NCBI GenBank assembly: GCA_964373915.1
Contig: CAYJWP010000004.1
Coordinates: 1-58,233 of the forward strand
Source of the DNA: an uncultured Candidatus Saccharibacteria bacterium
Lineage (GTDB): Bacteria; Patescibacteriota; Minisyncoccia; UBA6257; UBA11618
Length of the DNA: 58,233 nucleotides
Reading direction: 5' to 3'
Positions 58,168-58,233 of the stretch are shown in pieces. The first letter of the stretch is position 1. The number at the start of each line of letters is the position of its first letter. Below the pieces are notes generated by a model. That model was not told where the DNA came from and did no database searches. It was given only the letters and a program-made list of their open reading frames with translations. A program made the translations under genes and the position numbers.

Positions 58168-58233
58168 GCGGGAGTAGCACAGTGGCAGTGCGCCTGCCTT
58201 CCAAGCAGGATACGCGGGTTCGATTCCCGTCTC
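58168..58233 (+). tRNA. tRNA-Gly (anticodon TCC), 3' acceptor strand cut by the window end
   Basis: Acceptor GCGGGAG, D arm GCAC-AGTGGCA-GTGC, anticodon stem CCTGC/GCAGG with loop CTTCCAA, T arm GCGGG-TTCGATT-CCCGT. Confidence 0.85.

Noticed and set aside
1-58233. Alternative genetic code (UGA recoding as in some CPR lineages)
   Set aside because: Long, motif-complete ORFs (ClpB, FtsK, P-type ATPase, the 999- and 1136-aa proteins) are uninterrupted under code 11. Genes also end at TGA followed by terminators.
56046-58233. tRNA-adjacent genomic island or prophage remnant
   Set aside because: There is no integrase, recombinase, phage structural gene or direct repeat of a tRNA 3' end. The flanking ORFs are small hypothetical or secreted proteins only.

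Overview
This is a 58.2-kb, gene-dense, moderately AT-rich bacterial chromosome segment. No transposase, integrase, cas gene or reverse transcriptase is visible, and standard code 11 reads cleanly.

The gene content looks to me like a Candidate Phyla Radiation / Patescibacteria-type genome. The basis is a split transketolase, a minimal pentose-phosphate/GAPDH block, several giant secreted proteins, Wzy_C-TPR membrane proteins, seven convergent gene pairs overlapping at their 3' ends, and no LPS or outer-membrane genes in view. This taxonomic call is inference only.

Layout:
- 1-4.7 kb, minus strand: tkt(C)/Cys-rich ORF/tkt(N)-rpe-rpiB-gap-DUF192-SpoU methyltransferase.
- 4.7-5.5 kb: two small proteins plus an orphan csrA.
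- 5.5-8.9 kb: a 999-aa secreted zinc-phospholipase-C/lamin-tail-domain protein and a small anchored protein.
- 8.9-9.2 kb: non-coding tract with a 40-bp palindrome and GGAUG-containing degenerate tandem repeats.
- 9.2-11.5 kb: trxB/glutaredoxin-like/DsbA-like redox operon with two tiny tail ORFs.
- 11.5-29.7 kb: an 18-kb glycan-assembly island. It holds a priming sugar transferase, 2 flippases, 2 sulfotransferases, 4 methyltransferases, a GT9 heptosyltransferase plus HldE, 2 NodB deacetylase domains, GT4 enzymes including a GT4-NodB-GT4 fusion, a histidine phosphatase and a Wzy_C-TPR protein.
- 29.8-35.9 kb: a 1136-aa peptidoglycan-binding, S-layer-like surface protein with its own consensus-like promoter, an HTH regulator and a second Wzy_C paralog.
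- 35.9-58.2 kb, housekeeping: clpB, cysteine desulfurase, ftsK, RodZ-like, recA, folD, glyA, PLD/cardiolipin-synthase-like, MFS, DedA, P-type ATPase, nucleotidyltransferase, and five tRNAs (Pro, Arg, Phe, His, partial Gly).
- Interspersed in that last block: a GC-rich Gly/His/Tyr-rich secreted-protein gene, a DUF458 + exonuclease pair, a 160-nt three-stem structured element between glyA and folD, and Cys-rich secreted proteins.

Most interesting to me:
- The heptose/sulfate/methyl glycan island physically coupled to the S-layer-like gene, which is flanked by two Wzy_C paralogs. I read this as a putative surface-protein O-glycosylation system.
- A candidate CsrA-titrating RNA or repeat tract 3.5 kb from the orphan csrA.

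All functional calls rest on motifs I recognise by eye. No database search was run.
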